DNA of 32,000 bases from Micrococcus luteus NCTC 2665 (GCF_000023205.1 NC_012803.1:870001-902000); one strand, 5' to 3'; positions 10,565 through 21,467 are shown, numbered from the stretch's first letter. The notes: a model not told the origin generated them from the letters alone. Numbers and translations are program-made.

Positions 10565-12199
10565 ATGGCCGAATTGACCATCAACGCTGACGATGTCCGC
10601 AATGCCTTGAACGAATTCGCGGCATCGTACGAACCGTCGGGCACCGATCGCACCGAGGTCGGCCGTGTCATCTCCGCGGCGGACGGCATCGCTCGTGTGG
10701 AGGGTCTGCCCTCCGTCATGGCGAACGAGCTGCTGCGCTTCGAGAACGGCATCCAGGGCCTGGCCCAGAACCTCGACACCCGCGAGATCGGTGTCGTCGT
10801 CCTCGGCGAGTTCCAGGAGATCCGCGAGGGCATGGAGGTGCAGCGCACCGGCGAGATCCTCTCCGTCCCGGTGGGCGATGCCTTCCTGGGCCGCGTGGTG
10901 GACCCGCTGGGCCAGCCCATCGACGACCTGGGCCCGATCGAGGCCGAGGGCCGCCGCGCCCTCGAGCTGCAGGCGCCGACCGTGACCGAGCGCAAGTCGG
11001 TCCACGAGCCGCTGCAGACCGGCATGAAGGCCATCGACGCCATGATCCCGATCGGCCGTGGCCAGCGTCAGCTGATCATCGGTGACCGCCAGACCGGCAA
11101 GACCGCCATCGCCGTGGACACGATCCTCAACCAGAAGGCCAATTGGGAGTCGGGCGACGTCGAGAAGCAGGTCCGCTGCGTCTACGTGGCCGTGGGCCAG
11201 AAGGCCTCCACCATCGCCGGCGTCCGCGCCACGCTGGAGGAGCACGGCGCCCTGGAGTACACCACCATCGTGGCCTCCCCGGCGTCGGACCCGGCCGGCT
11301 TCAAGTACCTCGCCCCCTACGCCGGATCGGCCATCGGCCAGCACTGGATGTACGGCGGCAAGCACGTGCTGATCATCTTCGACGACCTGTCGAAGCAGGC
11401 CGAGGCCTACCGCGCCGTCTCCCTGCTGCTGCGCCGCCCGCCGGGCCGCGAGGCCTACCCGGGCGACGTCTTCTACCTGCACTCCCGGCTCCTCGAGCGC
11501 TGCGCCAAGCTCTCGGACGAGATGGGCGCGGGCTCGATGACCGGCCTGCCGATCATCGAGACCAAGGCGAACGACGTGTCGGCCTACATCCCGACCAACG
11601 TCATCTCCATCACCGACGGCCAGATCTTCCTGCAGTCGGACCTGTTCAACGCCAACCAGCGTCCCGCCGTGGACGTGGGCATCTCGGTGTCCCGCGTGGG
11701 CGGCGCCGCCCAGGTCAAGGCCATGAAGAAGGTCTCCGGCACGCTGAAGCTGGACCTGGCGCAGTACCGCGACCAGCAGGCGTTCTCCATGTTCGCCTCG
11801 GACCTGGACCCGGCCACCCGCCGCCAGCTCGCCCGCGGTGAGCGCCTCATGGAGCTGCTCAAGCAGCCCCAGTACTCGCCCTACCCGGTCGAGGAGCAGG
11901 TCGTGTCCATCTGGGCCGGCTCCAAGGGCCACCTCGACGAGGTGCCGGTGCAGGACGTGCTGCGCTTCGAGCGCGAGTTCATCGACCACCTGCGTCGCCA
12001 CACCTCCGTCCTGACCGACATCGCCTCCACCGGCAAGCTCGAGGACGGCACCGTGTCCGCGCTCGAGTCGGCCGTCGCCGAGTTCTCGAAGGGCTTCCAG
12101 TCCTCCGAGGACGGCGGCGTGCAGGCCGGCCACGAGGAGCACCGCGCGATCGAGCAGGACCAGGTCGCGCAGGAGCAGATCACCAAGCAGAAGCGCTGA
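10565..12199 (+). CDS. atpA: F0F1 ATP synthase subunit alpha, with a C-terminal extension
   Basis: Starts [15 protein letters not shown]. Contains Walker A GDRQTGKT and canonical alpha-subunit blocks throughout. Confidence 0.95.
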   Translation: MAELTINADDVRNALNEFAASYEPSGTDRTEVGRVISAADGIARVEGLPSVMANELLRFENGIQGLAQNLDTREIGVVVLGEFQEIREGMEVQRTGEILSVPVGDAFLGRVVDPLGQPIDDLGPIEAEGRRALELQAPTVTERKSVHEPLQTGMKAIDAMIPIGRGQRQLIIGDRQTGKTAIAVDTILNQKANWESGDVEKQVRCVYVAVGQKASTIAGVRATLEEHGALEYTTIVASPASDPAGFKYLAPYAGSAIGQHWMYGGKHVLIIFDDLSKQAEAYRAVSLLLRRPPGREAYPGDVFYLHSRLLERCAKLSDEMGAGSMTGLPIIETKANDVSAYIPTNVISITDGQIFLQSDLFNANQRPAVDVGISVSRVGGAAQVKAMKKVSGTLKLDLAQYRDQQAFSMFASDLDPATRRQLARGERLMELLKQPQYSPYPVEEQVVSIWAGSKGHLDEVPVQDVLRFEREFIDHLRRHTSVLTDIASTGKLEDGTVSALESAVAEFSKGFQSSEDGGVQAGHEEHRAIEQDQVAQEQITKQKR

Positions 12200-12222
12200 C
12201 CGCCGGTCGGTGAGGGAGCGGT

Positions 12223-12253
12223 CCGGCGTCGGGCCCCACGGGGACGACGCCGG
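12223..12253 (+). other. Strong intra-operon stem-loop between atpA and atpG
   Basis: CCGGCGTCG (12223-12231) pairs with CGACGCCGG (12245-12253), 9 bp, with an additional inner CCCC/GGGG pairing. Confidence 0.4.
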
Positions 12254-12282
12254 GCGGCCCTCCCGCCAGGGAAAGGACCACC

Positions 12283-14687
<2,405 letters not shown>

Positions 14688-14693
14688 TCGATC

Positions 14694-14969
14694 ATGGCTG
14701 AGCTCAACGTCGAGATCGTCTCCGAGGAGCGGTCCATCTGGTCGGGCGCCGCGTCGGCCGTGTCGGCGCGCACCGTCAACGGTGAGATCGGCATCCTCCC
14801 GGGCCACACCCCGATGCTCGCCGTCCTCGGCGACGGCGAGGTCGTGGTGCGCACCACGGACGGCGGCACCGTCACCGCGCAGGCCCACGGCGGCTTCTTC
14901 TCCGTGGACCACGACCGTGTCGTGATCGCCGCGACGTCCGCCCGGCTGGGCGACGCCGCGGCGGCCTGA
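14694..14969 (+). CDS. atpC: F0F1 ATP synthase subunit epsilon, short 91-aa form (beta-sandwich domain only)
   Basis: MAELNVEIVSEERSIWSG...GILPGHTPMLAVLG...GGFFSV matches the epsilon N-terminal domain. The ORF ends before any helical hairpin. Confidence 0.9.
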   Translation: MAELNVEIVSEERSIWSGAASAVSARTVNGEIGILPGHTPMLAVLGDGEVVVRTTDGGTVTAQAHGGFFSVDHDRVVIAATSARLGDAAAA

Positions 14970-14991
14970 CGCGGCGCGGCAGGACCTGACG

Positions 14992-15393
14992 GTGGAGGGC
15001 CCGGTGCTCATCGCCTCGGCGACCGTGGTGGCAGTCATCGTGCTGTCGGCACTCGCCCTGGTGATGCGGCGCCGGGCCCTCGCCCGTGTCACGGCCGCCT
15101 TCCCGGCGGTCCTGGAGCGGGAGGGCCCGGGGCGTGAGCGCGTGATCGGCGTGTACGACGAGTCCCGTCTGCGCCTCACCGGGCGCTGGCGCCTCTCCCG
15201 GGAGCGCTGGAGCGCGGATCGGAGCCGCCTGCAGATCGACCGCCTCCCGGCGGACGAGGCCGGCCGGACCGTCCTGGAGCTGAGCGCCGGCGCACGTCCG
15301 GTGCGCGTCGTCGTCGACCCCGACGACGCCGGCGCGCTGCGCGCCTGGAGCGAGGCGGGGCCGTCCGCAGCGTCGTCCTTCTGGCGTCGCTGA
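14992..15393 (+). CDS. DUF2550-family membrane-anchored protein (conserved downstream of atpC in actinobacteria)
   Basis: N-terminal TM helix (VLIASATVVAVIVLSALALV) plus a soluble domain, in the syntenic position of Rv1312. The start could instead be the in-frame GTG at 15004. Confidence 0.7.
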   Translation: MEGPVLIASATVVAVIVLSALALVMRRRALARVTAAFPAVLEREGPGRERVIGVYDESRLRLTGRWRLSRERWSADRSRLQIDRLPADEAGRTVLELSAGARPVRVVVDPDDAGALRAWSEAGPSAASSFWRR

Positions 15394-15407
15394 AACCGCC
15401 CGGGGCC

Positions 15408-16103
15408 TCAGAACAGCCGGGACTCGGCGTCGTCCACGCCGCGCATCGCGTCGTAGTCGAGGGTGACGCAGCGGATGCCGCGGTCCTCGGCGAGGGTGCG
15501 GGCCTGGGGCTTGATCTGCTGGGCCGCGAACACGCCGCGCACGGGCGCCAGGAGCGGGTCCCGGTTCATCAGCTCGAGGTAGCGGGTGAGCTGCTCGACC
15601 CCGTCGATGTCCCCGCGGCGCTTGAGCTCGACCGCCACGGTGCCGCCGTCGGCGTCGCGGGCCAGGATGTCCACGGGGCCGATCGCCGTCATGTACTCGC
15701 GGCGCACGAGGGTGTGGCCGTCGCCGAGCAGGCTGATCTGCTCGGCCAGCAGACGCTGCAGATCCGCCTCCACGCCGTCCTTGACGAGGCCGGGGTCCAC
15801 GCCGAGCTCGTGGGAGTCGTCCGCCAGGACCTCCTCGATGAGCACGATGAGCCGGTCGTCGGACTTCTTGGCCTGCACGCGCCAGACCTGCGTCACTCCC
15901 TGGTCGGCCTGGTCGGGGGATGGCTCCTCCACGTGCAGGGTCGCGGGCGGCGACATCCAGTTGAGGGGCTTGTAGGAGCCGCCGTCGGAGTGCACCAGCA
16001 CCGAGCCGTCCGCCTTCACCATGAGCAGGCGGGTGGCGGTGGGCAGGTGGGCGTTCAGGCGGCCCTCATAGGTCACGGAGCAGCGGGCAATGACGAGTCG
16101 CAC
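15408..16103 (-). CDS. nucS: Endonuclease NucS/EndoMS (non-canonical mismatch repair)
   Basis: Starts [21 protein letters not shown]. Contains the RecB-like nuclease core (VDILARD...VAVELKR) and a C-terminal ...ESRLF clamp-binding-like tail. Confidence 0.95.
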   Translation of the reverse strand: MRLVIARCSVTYEGRLNAHLPTATRLLMVKADGSVLVHSDGGSYKPLNWMSPPATLHVEEPSPDQADQGVTQVWRVQAKKSDDRLIVLIEEVLADDSHELGVDPGLVKDGVEADLQRLLAEQISLLGDGHTLVRREYMTAIGPVDILARDADGGTVAVELKRRGDIDGVEQLTRYLELMNRDPLLAPVRGVFAAQQIKPQARTLAEDRGIRCVTLDYDAMRGVDDAESRLF

Positions 16104-16124
16104 CGGTCCATCCTAGGCGGACCG
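16104..16124. promoter_or_regulatory. Inverted repeat CGGTCC-N9-GGACCG enclosing the nucS -10 box
   Basis: Perfect 6-bp arms at 16104-16109 and 16119-16124. The predicted -10 TAGGAT (minus strand, 16110-16115) lies in the spacer. Confidence 0.3.
16110..16115 (-). promoter_or_regulatory. -10 box TAGGAT, 6 nt upstream of the nucS GTG (candidate leaderless mRNA)
   Basis: The minus strand reads TAGGAT-ggaccg-GTG. There is no SD. Confidence 0.45.
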
Positions 16125-16155
16125 CGCCCACCGGCTCGTGTGCCAGCATGGGGGC

Positions 16156-16515
16156 ATGCCCCGTTCGAACCGCCCCCGCCGCTCGTCCGCGCCTGGGCGG
16201 AGCGAGCGCGGGGCCTCCGGCGCCTCCCGGCGGTCCCGGCCGTCGCCGGCGCGGTCCGACCCGATCGAGGAGCTCCTCGGTCTGGACCCGGCCTACTCGC
16301 GCCAGTCCGGGTCCGACGGCGGCTGGCACGTCCGGCAGATCCCCGCGTGGCGCGCGGTGAAGGACTACACGTGCCCCGGCTGCGGCCGCGTGATCCGGCA
16401 GGGCCAGGCGCACCTTGTGGCCTGGCGCGCCGACTGGATCATGGGGGACGAGGACGCGGGTGCGGGCCGGCGGCACTGGCACCCGGTGTGCTGGCGCACC
16501 CGCCCGAGCCGCTGA
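16156..16515 (+). CDS. Conserved hypothetical protein with a basic disordered N-terminus and a C-terminal Zn-ribbon-like motif
   Basis: MPRSNRPRRSSAPGRSERG...YTCPGCGRVIRQGQAHLVAW...RRHWHPVCW. Divergent from nucS, in the Rv1322 position. The ORF is also open from GTG 16138. Confidence 0.65.
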   Translation: MPRSNRPRRSSAPGRSERGASGASRRSRPSPARSDPIEELLGLDPAYSRQSGSDGGWHVRQIPAWRAVKDYTCPGCGRVIRQGQAHLVAWRADWIMGDEDAGAGRRHWHPVCWRTRPSR

Positions 16516-16518
16516 CCG

Positions 16519-16541
16519 CGACGGTCCGGGCTCCGCCGTCG
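16519..16541. terminator. Weak hairpin CGACGG-N11-CCGTCG between convergent genes
   Basis: 6-bp inverted repeat in the 34-nt convergent gap. Confidence 0.2.
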
Positions 16542-16549
16542 TCGTCGGC

Positions 16550-17872
16550 TTACCGGGCGTCCTGGCGGGGGATGAAGACCTCACGGACCAGCAGCGCCAG
16601 CGCGGCGGCGAGCGGGATCGCCATGAGGGCGCCGAGGACGCCCAGCAGCGCGCCTCCGGCGATCACCGCGATCACGGCCACGGCCGCCGGCACGGACACC
16701 GCGCGCGCCATGACACGCGGCGAGATGACGTAGGCCTCGATCTGCAGGTAGACGAAGTAGATGGCCGCGAACACGGCGGCGGTCTGCCACGAGGTCAGCA
16801 GGCTCACGAGGGTCAGCAGCGTGCCGCCGATCGCGGCGCCCACCAGCGGGATGAACGCCATGAAGGCGGCGATCGCGGCGAGCAGGACGGCGAAGGGGGC
16901 GCCGGCGATGGCCAGCGCCGTGAACGCCACCGCGCCGTTGAGGGCGGCCACGAAGGACTGGCCCATCACGTAGTGGCCGACCGAGGAGGTGATCTGCTCG
17001 GACAGCGCCTCGATGCGCGGCCGGCGCGAGCGTGGTGCGAGCCGGTAGGCCCAGTACTTCATGTGCGGCAGGGAGGCGAGGAAGTACAGCGTCAGTACGA
17101 CCACCACGAGCACCGAGAAGACGGCGTTCAGCACGGTCTGGCCGAGGCCGAGGAGGCCGCCGAACAGGTCGGTGATGGCGACGCCGTCGGCGGCGAGGCG
17201 CTCGGTCTGGGCGCGGACGGCCTCCTGGAGGTGGAACTCCTCGTCGAGCTGCACGAACCACTCGGCCCTCATCACCCCGTCGATGATGGCCGGCAGGTCC
17301 TGGACCAGCTGCGTGGACTGCTCGATCACCGTGGGGACCAGGAGGGCGACGAACGCCCCGGCCACGGCGGCCAGGCCGAGCGCGGCCGTGAGCACCCCGA
17401 CCCAGCGGGGCGCGCCCCAGGACTCGACCCGGCGCACCAGCGGGTCCAGGCCCAGGGCGATGAACAGGGCCGCGGCGATCCACACGATCAGCTGCCCGTT
17501 CGCGCGCAGCACCGAGACGACGCCGATGGCCAGGGCCACGCCGACCGCGAGCAGGAAGCCGGTCAGCACGGGGGACTCGACGGCCACGGCCGCGACCGCC
17601 GGATCCTCGGCGCCGTCGGCGGGGGTCGGCTCGGGGTCGACCCGGTCCTCCTCGAGGAAGGGCCGGCGCCGCCGCAGGACGGAGCCCAGGCGGAGCAGTC
17701 GACGACGCCCGGCGGGCGTCGACCCGTGCGTCGGCGGCGCGGCGGCCACCTCGACCGGCTGCCCGGGGATGCCGGCCACGGGCGGCTGCTCGGTGCCCTC
17801 GGGCTCGGCTGGGGCACGGACGTCGGCGACGCCGGCGGTGTCCGGGCCGGACGCGGTCTCCTTCTCCTCCAC
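16550..17872 (-). CDS. AI-2E family (PerM/YhhT-like) transporter with a long disordered N-terminal region
   Basis: Multi-TM core with ...FIPLVGAAIGG... and ...LGALMAIPLAAA.... I prefer the start at GTG 17872 because TACGCT-N6-GTG precedes it. The ORF is open up to a TTG at 17944. Confidence 0.8.
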   Translation of the reverse strand: MEEKETASGPDTAGVADVRAPAEPEGTEQPPVAGIPGQPVEVAAAPPTHGSTPAGRRRLLRLGSVLRRRRPFLEEDRVDPEPTPADGAEDPAVAAVAVESPVLTGFLLAVGVALAIGVVSVLRANGQLIVWIAAALFIALGLDPLVRRVESWGAPRWVGVLTAALGLAAVAGAFVALLVPTVIEQSTQLVQDLPAIIDGVMRAEWFVQLDEEFHLQEAVRAQTERLAADGVAITDLFGGLLGLGQTVLNAVFSVLVVVVLTLYFLASLPHMKYWAYRLAPRSRRPRIEALSEQITSSVGHYVMGQSFVAALNGAVAFTALAIAGAPFAVLLAAIAAFMAFIPLVGAAIGGTLLTLVSLLTSWQTAAVFAAIYFVYLQIEAYVISPRVMARAVSVPAAVAVIAVIAGGALLGVLGALMAIPLAAALALLVREVFIPRQDAR

Positions 17873-17878
17873 GCGTTC

Positions 17879-17884
17879 AGCGTA
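17879..17884 (-). promoter_or_regulatory. -10 box TACGCT, 6 nt upstream of GTG 17872 (candidate leaderless mRNA)
   Basis: The minus strand reads TACGCT-gaacgc-GTG. Confidence 0.35.
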
Positions 17885-17988
17885 CGTCAGGGCCCCGGCC
17901 TGTCCGCGCCGCGCCCGGGAGGCTACCGTGGGGCCCACTGACAACGCCCCTCGCCCCGGCGACGGGGCGGCCCCGGACCGGAAGGATC

Positions 17989-18012
17989 GTGACCGACGTG
18001 ACCGACGTGACC
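17989..18012 (+). repeat. 9-bp tandem repeat GTGACCGAC x2 plus a partial copy at the 5' end of the gene
   Basis: The sequence gtgaccgac gtgaccgac gtgacc encodes (M/V)TD VTD VT and creates three in-frame GTG candidates. Confidence 0.85.
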
Positions 18013-18963
18013 GCCCAGCCCCCCTCCGACGCCCCGTCCCACCTGCGCGGCGCCGTCGACCTGTCCTCGCTCGGCACCCCGGCCTCGGCCGGGCGGACCG
18101 CGCCGGGGGCCGACGCCGGCGCCGGCGGCGGCTCGTGGGTGATCGCGGACGCCGACCAGGGTCTGCTGCAGCAGCTGGTCCAGCTCTCCGCTCAGGTGCC
18201 GGTGCTGCTGCACCTGCATGTGCCCGGGGACGCGGCGAGCGAGGCGCTCTACCGGCAGTTCGCGGACGCGGTCGACGCCCAGGCGGGACGGCTCGTGCTC
18301 GCGCGTCTGGACGTGGCGAAGGAGCCCGCAGTGCTGCAGGCGCTGGGCCTGGGGGCCGGCCCCGCGGTCATGGCCGTGGTGGCGGGGCAGCCGGTGCCGC
18401 TGGTCAATCAGGAGGTGCCGGAGGAGACGCTGCGCCAGCTCATGGGGGAGATCCTCGAGGTGGCCCGTCAGAACGGCGTCGCCGGCACCGTACCCGCGGT
18501 CGCCCCGGCGCGCCAGGACGCCGGCGCCGCGGCCGCGGAGGCTCCGCCCGTGCCGCCGCTGCACCGGGCCGCCCACGAGGCCCTCGCCGCCGACGACCTG
18601 CCCGGGGCCGTCTCGGCGTGGGAGGCGGCGCTCGCCGAGAGCCCCGCGGACGCCGTGGCCCAGCAGGGCCTGTCCGCGGCCCGCCTCATGCTGCGCACCC
18701 GCGACGCCGACGCCGCAGCGGTGCGCGCGGCCGCCGCGGACGGCCCGGACGACGTCGCCGCCCAGCTCGCCGTCGCCGACCTGGACGTGCTCGGCGGCCA
18801 CGTGGAGGACGCCTTCGACCGGCTCGTGCGGTTCATCGCCCTCCACCCCGGCGACGACCGTGAGACGGCGCGCGCCCACCTCGTGGACCTCTACACCGTG
18901 GTGGGCACGGACGACCCCCGCGTGCAGGCCTCGCGGCGCCGGCTGGCCGCAGCGTTGTTCTGA
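17989..18963 (+). CDS. Thioredoxin-fold plus TPR protein (YbbN/CnoX-like, lacking a CxxC active site)
   Basis: Trx-like block VPVLLHLHVPGDAASEALYRQF...ARLDVAKEPAVLQALG with no Cys pair, followed by a C-terminal TPR-like helical region. It sits in the Rv1324-like position. The start is ambiguous among GTGs at 17989, 17998 and 18007. Confidence 0.75.
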   Translation: MTDVTDVTAQPPSDAPSHLRGAVDLSSLGTPASAGRTAPGADAGAGGGSWVIADADQGLLQQLVQLSAQVPVLLHLHVPGDAASEALYRQFADAVDAQAGRLVLARLDVAKEPAVLQALGLGAGPAVMAVVAGQPVPLVNQEVPEETLRQLMGEILEVARQNGVAGTVPAVAPARQDAGAAAAEAPPVPPLHRAAHEALAADDLPGAVSAWEAALAESPADAVAQQGLSAARLMLRTRDADAAAVRAAAADGPDDVAAQLAVADLDVLGGHVEDAFDRLVRFIALHPGDDRETARAHLVDLYTVVGTDDPRVQASRRRLAAALF

Positions 18964-19014
18964 GGTATCCACGATTCATCCCTGAGGAGGACGCCGTGTC
19001 CGCCTGACGGTGGG

Positions 19015-19020
19015 TAACGT
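19015..19020 (+). promoter_or_regulatory. -10 box TAACGT, 7 nt upstream of ATG 19028 (candidate leaderless mRNA)
   Basis: TAACGT-cccaggc-ATG, the same geometry as at clpS, rph and the DUF3039 gene. Confidence 0.35.
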
Positions 19021-19027
19021 CCCAGGC

Positions 19028-19852
19028 ATGACTCCGCATGCGCCCGAGCCTGTCCCCGCCCACCTGGCGGCCGCCGCCCGTCGGCGTGCGGCCGACGCCC
19101 CCGATCCGGACCTCGCCCTCGTCACGCGCGGGCTGACCCAGAGGTTCGGGGACAAGCTGGCGCTGGACGCGCTGGACCTGGACGTTCCGGCCGGCTCGTT
19201 CTTCGGGGTGGTCGGGCCCAACGGGGCGGGCAAGACCACGGCCCTGTCGATGGCCACCGGGCTGCTGCGCCCGGACCACGGCCGTGCCTGGATCCACGGC
19301 GTCGACGTGTGGGAGCAGCCCCTCGAGGCCAAGCGACGGGTCGGCGTGCTCGCCGACGGCGTGCGCACCTTCGACCGCCTCACGGGCGCGCAGCTCGTGA
19401 CCTACGCCGGGCTGCTGCATGGCCTCGACGCGGACACCGTGGCCGAGCGGACCGCGGACCTGCTGCGGGTGATGGACCTGGAGGACGCCGGCCGCAAGCT
19501 CGTGGCCGACTACTCCGCCGGCATGACCAAGAAGGTGTCCCTGGCGGCCGCCATGGTCCACGCCCCGGACCTGCTCGTCCTGGACGAGCCGTTCGAGGCC
19601 GTGGACCCGGTCTCCGCCGCGAACATCCGGGACATCCTGCACTCGTACGTGGAGCGGGGCGGCACCGTGATCGTCTCGAGCCACGTGATGGACCTCGTCC
19701 AGCGCATGTGCACCCACGTCGCCGTGATCGCGGCCGGAACGCTGCGGGCCGCCGGCACGCTCGAGGAGGTCCGGGACGGGCGCGACCTCGAGGACCGCTT
19801 CGTGGACCTCGTCGGCGGCCGCCACGGCTCGGAGGGGCTGGCATGGCTCTGA
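19028..19852 (+). CDS. ABC transporter ATP-binding protein (ABC-2/DrrA-like)
   Basis: Walker A GPNGAGKTT, signature YSAGMTKKVSLA, Walker B LLVLDEPFEAVD, H-loop SSHVM. The ORF is also open from GTG 19010. Confidence 0.9.
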   Translation: MTPHAPEPVPAHLAAAARRRAADAPDPDLALVTRGLTQRFGDKLALDALDLDVPAGSFFGVVGPNGAGKTTALSMATGLLRPDHGRAWIHGVDVWEQPLEAKRRVGVLADGVRTFDRLTGAQLVTYAGLLHGLDADTVAERTADLLRVMDLEDAGRKLVADYSAGMTKKVSLAAAMVHAPDLLVLDEPFEAVDPVSAANIRDILHSYVERGGTVIVSSHVMDLVQRMCTHVAVIAAGTLRAAGTLEEVRDGRDLEDRFVDLVGGRHGSEGLAWL

Positions 19853-21444
19853 CGCTCGTCCGACTGCGCTGGACGCTGACCCTGAACCAGTGGCGCCGGT
19901 CCCCGTTCACCCTGGTGGTGAGCGTGCTCGGCGCGCTGTACGTGATCGGCATGGCCGCCGTGGCGGTGACGCTGCTCGTCACGGGCCTGCCCGCCCTGCC
20001 GGACGAGGCCCGCGGCGCCACGACCGTGCTGGTCGCCGCCGTCGTGGTGCTCGCCTGGCTCGTCATCCCGCCGTTCGTCACGGGCGTGGACGCCACGCTC
20101 GACCCGCACAGCTTCGTGCTCTTCCCCGTCCCGGCCCGCACCCTCATCGCCGGGCTGGTCCTGAGCGCCTTCACGACGCCGGTCGGGCTCGCCACGCTGG
20201 CCGTGCTGCTGGGCCTGGGGGCCAGCTGGTGGGACCGGCCGGCCGCGCTGGCGGCAGGCCTGGCCGGGGGCGCGCTCACCGCGGTGACCGCCGTGGCGAT
20301 CGGCTCCGGTCTCGCCGGCCTCCTGGCCGCCTACGCGAGCCGGCGTCGGGTGCGGGACGTCGTCTCCGTCCTGCTGTTCATCCCGCTCATGCTCGGCGGC
20401 GTCGCCCTTTCGCAGGCCATCGCGTCGTTCGAGGACTTCCTGGCGATCGCGCCCCAGGTCGCCCGCGGCGCGGCGTGGACCCCGTTCGGGGCGGGCCCCG
20501 CCACGGCGTGGGCGGCCGCCGAGGGCCGCAGCGCCGCCGTCGCGCTCCACCTCGCGGTGGCGGCCGCCTGGTGCCTGGCCGCCCTGGCCCTGTGGCACCT
20601 GGCCGTGCGCCGCACCGTGGAGCCGGTGGCCGTGGGCGGCGGTCGGTCCCGTCGCGTCGCCGCGGGAGCGGACCCGACGCCGCTGCGCTGGCTGGGCCGA
20701 CCGGCCACGGGCCCGCGCACCGCGATCGCGGCCCGCGCCCAGCGCTACTGGCTGACCGACCCGCGGTACGCGGCCGGGCTCATCATCATCCCCCTCATGG
20801 CCGTCCTGCTGTGGTTCACCGGGGGCATGGCCGCGGAGGGGGGTCCCGGACTGGGCCTGCTGCTGGTCCTCGGGCCGATCACCGCCTGGTCCCTGGCCTA
20901 CTCGATCTCCGCGGACATCGCCTACGACCACACGGCGTTCCACCTGCACGTCGTCTCGGGCGTGCGTGGCGTGGACGACCGCTGGGGCCGCGTCCTGGGC
21001 CTGGCGGGCTGGGGCGTGCCGATGATCCTCCTCGTGACGACGGCGACGGTGGCGGCGGCGGGGGACTGGTCCCTGTTGGCGCCGATGCTGGGCCTGGCCC
21101 TCGGCCTGTTCGGGACGACCGCCGGGCTGTCCGCACTCGTCTCCGCCCGTTTCGTGTACCCCGTGCCGAAACCGGGAGACAGCCCGTTCAAGACGCCGCA
21201 GGGCGCGGCCATGCGCACGATGCTCGTCCAGGGCGCCTCGCTGCTGGTGAGCCTCGCGCTCGCGGTGCCGTTCCTGGCGCCCTTCGTCGTCTGGCTCGTC
21301 ACCGGGGCCGCCGTGTGGGGCTGGGTGACGGTGGCCTTCGGGCTTGTGTGGGGCGCCGTCGCGCTGTGGCTGGGCGTGCGCCTGGGGGCGCGCTGGTACG
21401 ACCGCGCGCAGGCCGAGACCTATCAGGCCGTGGCCGCCTTCTGA
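19843..21444 (+). CDS. ABC transporter permease, about 12 TM (apparent 6+6 arrangement), substrate unknown
   Basis: The ATG overlaps the ATPase gene end by 10 nt. About 12 hydrophobic segments are split by a basic loop (RRTVEPVAVGGGRSRRV...). Confidence 0.75.
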   Translation: MALTLVRLRWTLTLNQWRRSPFTLVVSVLGALYVIGMAAVAVTLLVTGLPALPDEARGATTVLVAAVVVLAWLVIPPFVTGVDATLDPHSFVLFPVPARTLIAGLVLSAFTTPVGLATLAVLLGLGASWWDRPAALAAGLAGGALTAVTAVAIGSGLAGLLAAYASRRRVRDVVSVLLFIPLMLGGVALSQAIASFEDFLAIAPQVARGAAWTPFGAGPATAWAAAEGRSAAVALHLAVAAAWCLAALALWHLAVRRTVEPVAVGGGRSRRVAAGADPTPLRWLGRPATGPRTAIAARAQRYWLTDPRYAAGLIIIPLMAVLLWFTGGMAAEGGPGLGLLLVLGPITAWSLAYSISADIAYDHTAFHLHVVSGVRGVDDRWGRVLGLAGWGVPMILLVTTATVAAAGDWSLLAPMLGLALGLFGTTAGLSALVSARFVYPVPKPGDSPFKTPQGAAMRTMLVQGASLLVSLALAVPFLAPFVVWLVTGAAVWGWVTVAFGLVWGAVALWLGVRLGARWYDRAQAETYQAVAAF

Positions 21445-21454
21445 GGGGCGCGGC

Positions 21455-21460
21455 TAGACT
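21455..21460 (+). promoter_or_regulatory. -10 box TAGACT, 7 nt upstream of ATG 21468 (candidate leaderless mRNA)
   Basis: CTAGACTGG-cctg-CATGAG. Nearly the same string occurs at rph (29902-29921). Confidence 0.45.
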
Positions 21461-21467
21461 GGCCTGC

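Noticed and set aside
19028-21444. The ABC ATPase, 12-TM permease, DUF3039 and helicase as a single defence or export island.
   Set aside because: Composition and codon usage are indistinguishable from the flanking core genes. A separate promoter-like element precedes the DUF3039 gene, and no nuclease, methylase, toxin or other defence hallmark is present. Only the DUF3039-helicase coupling was retained as a finding.
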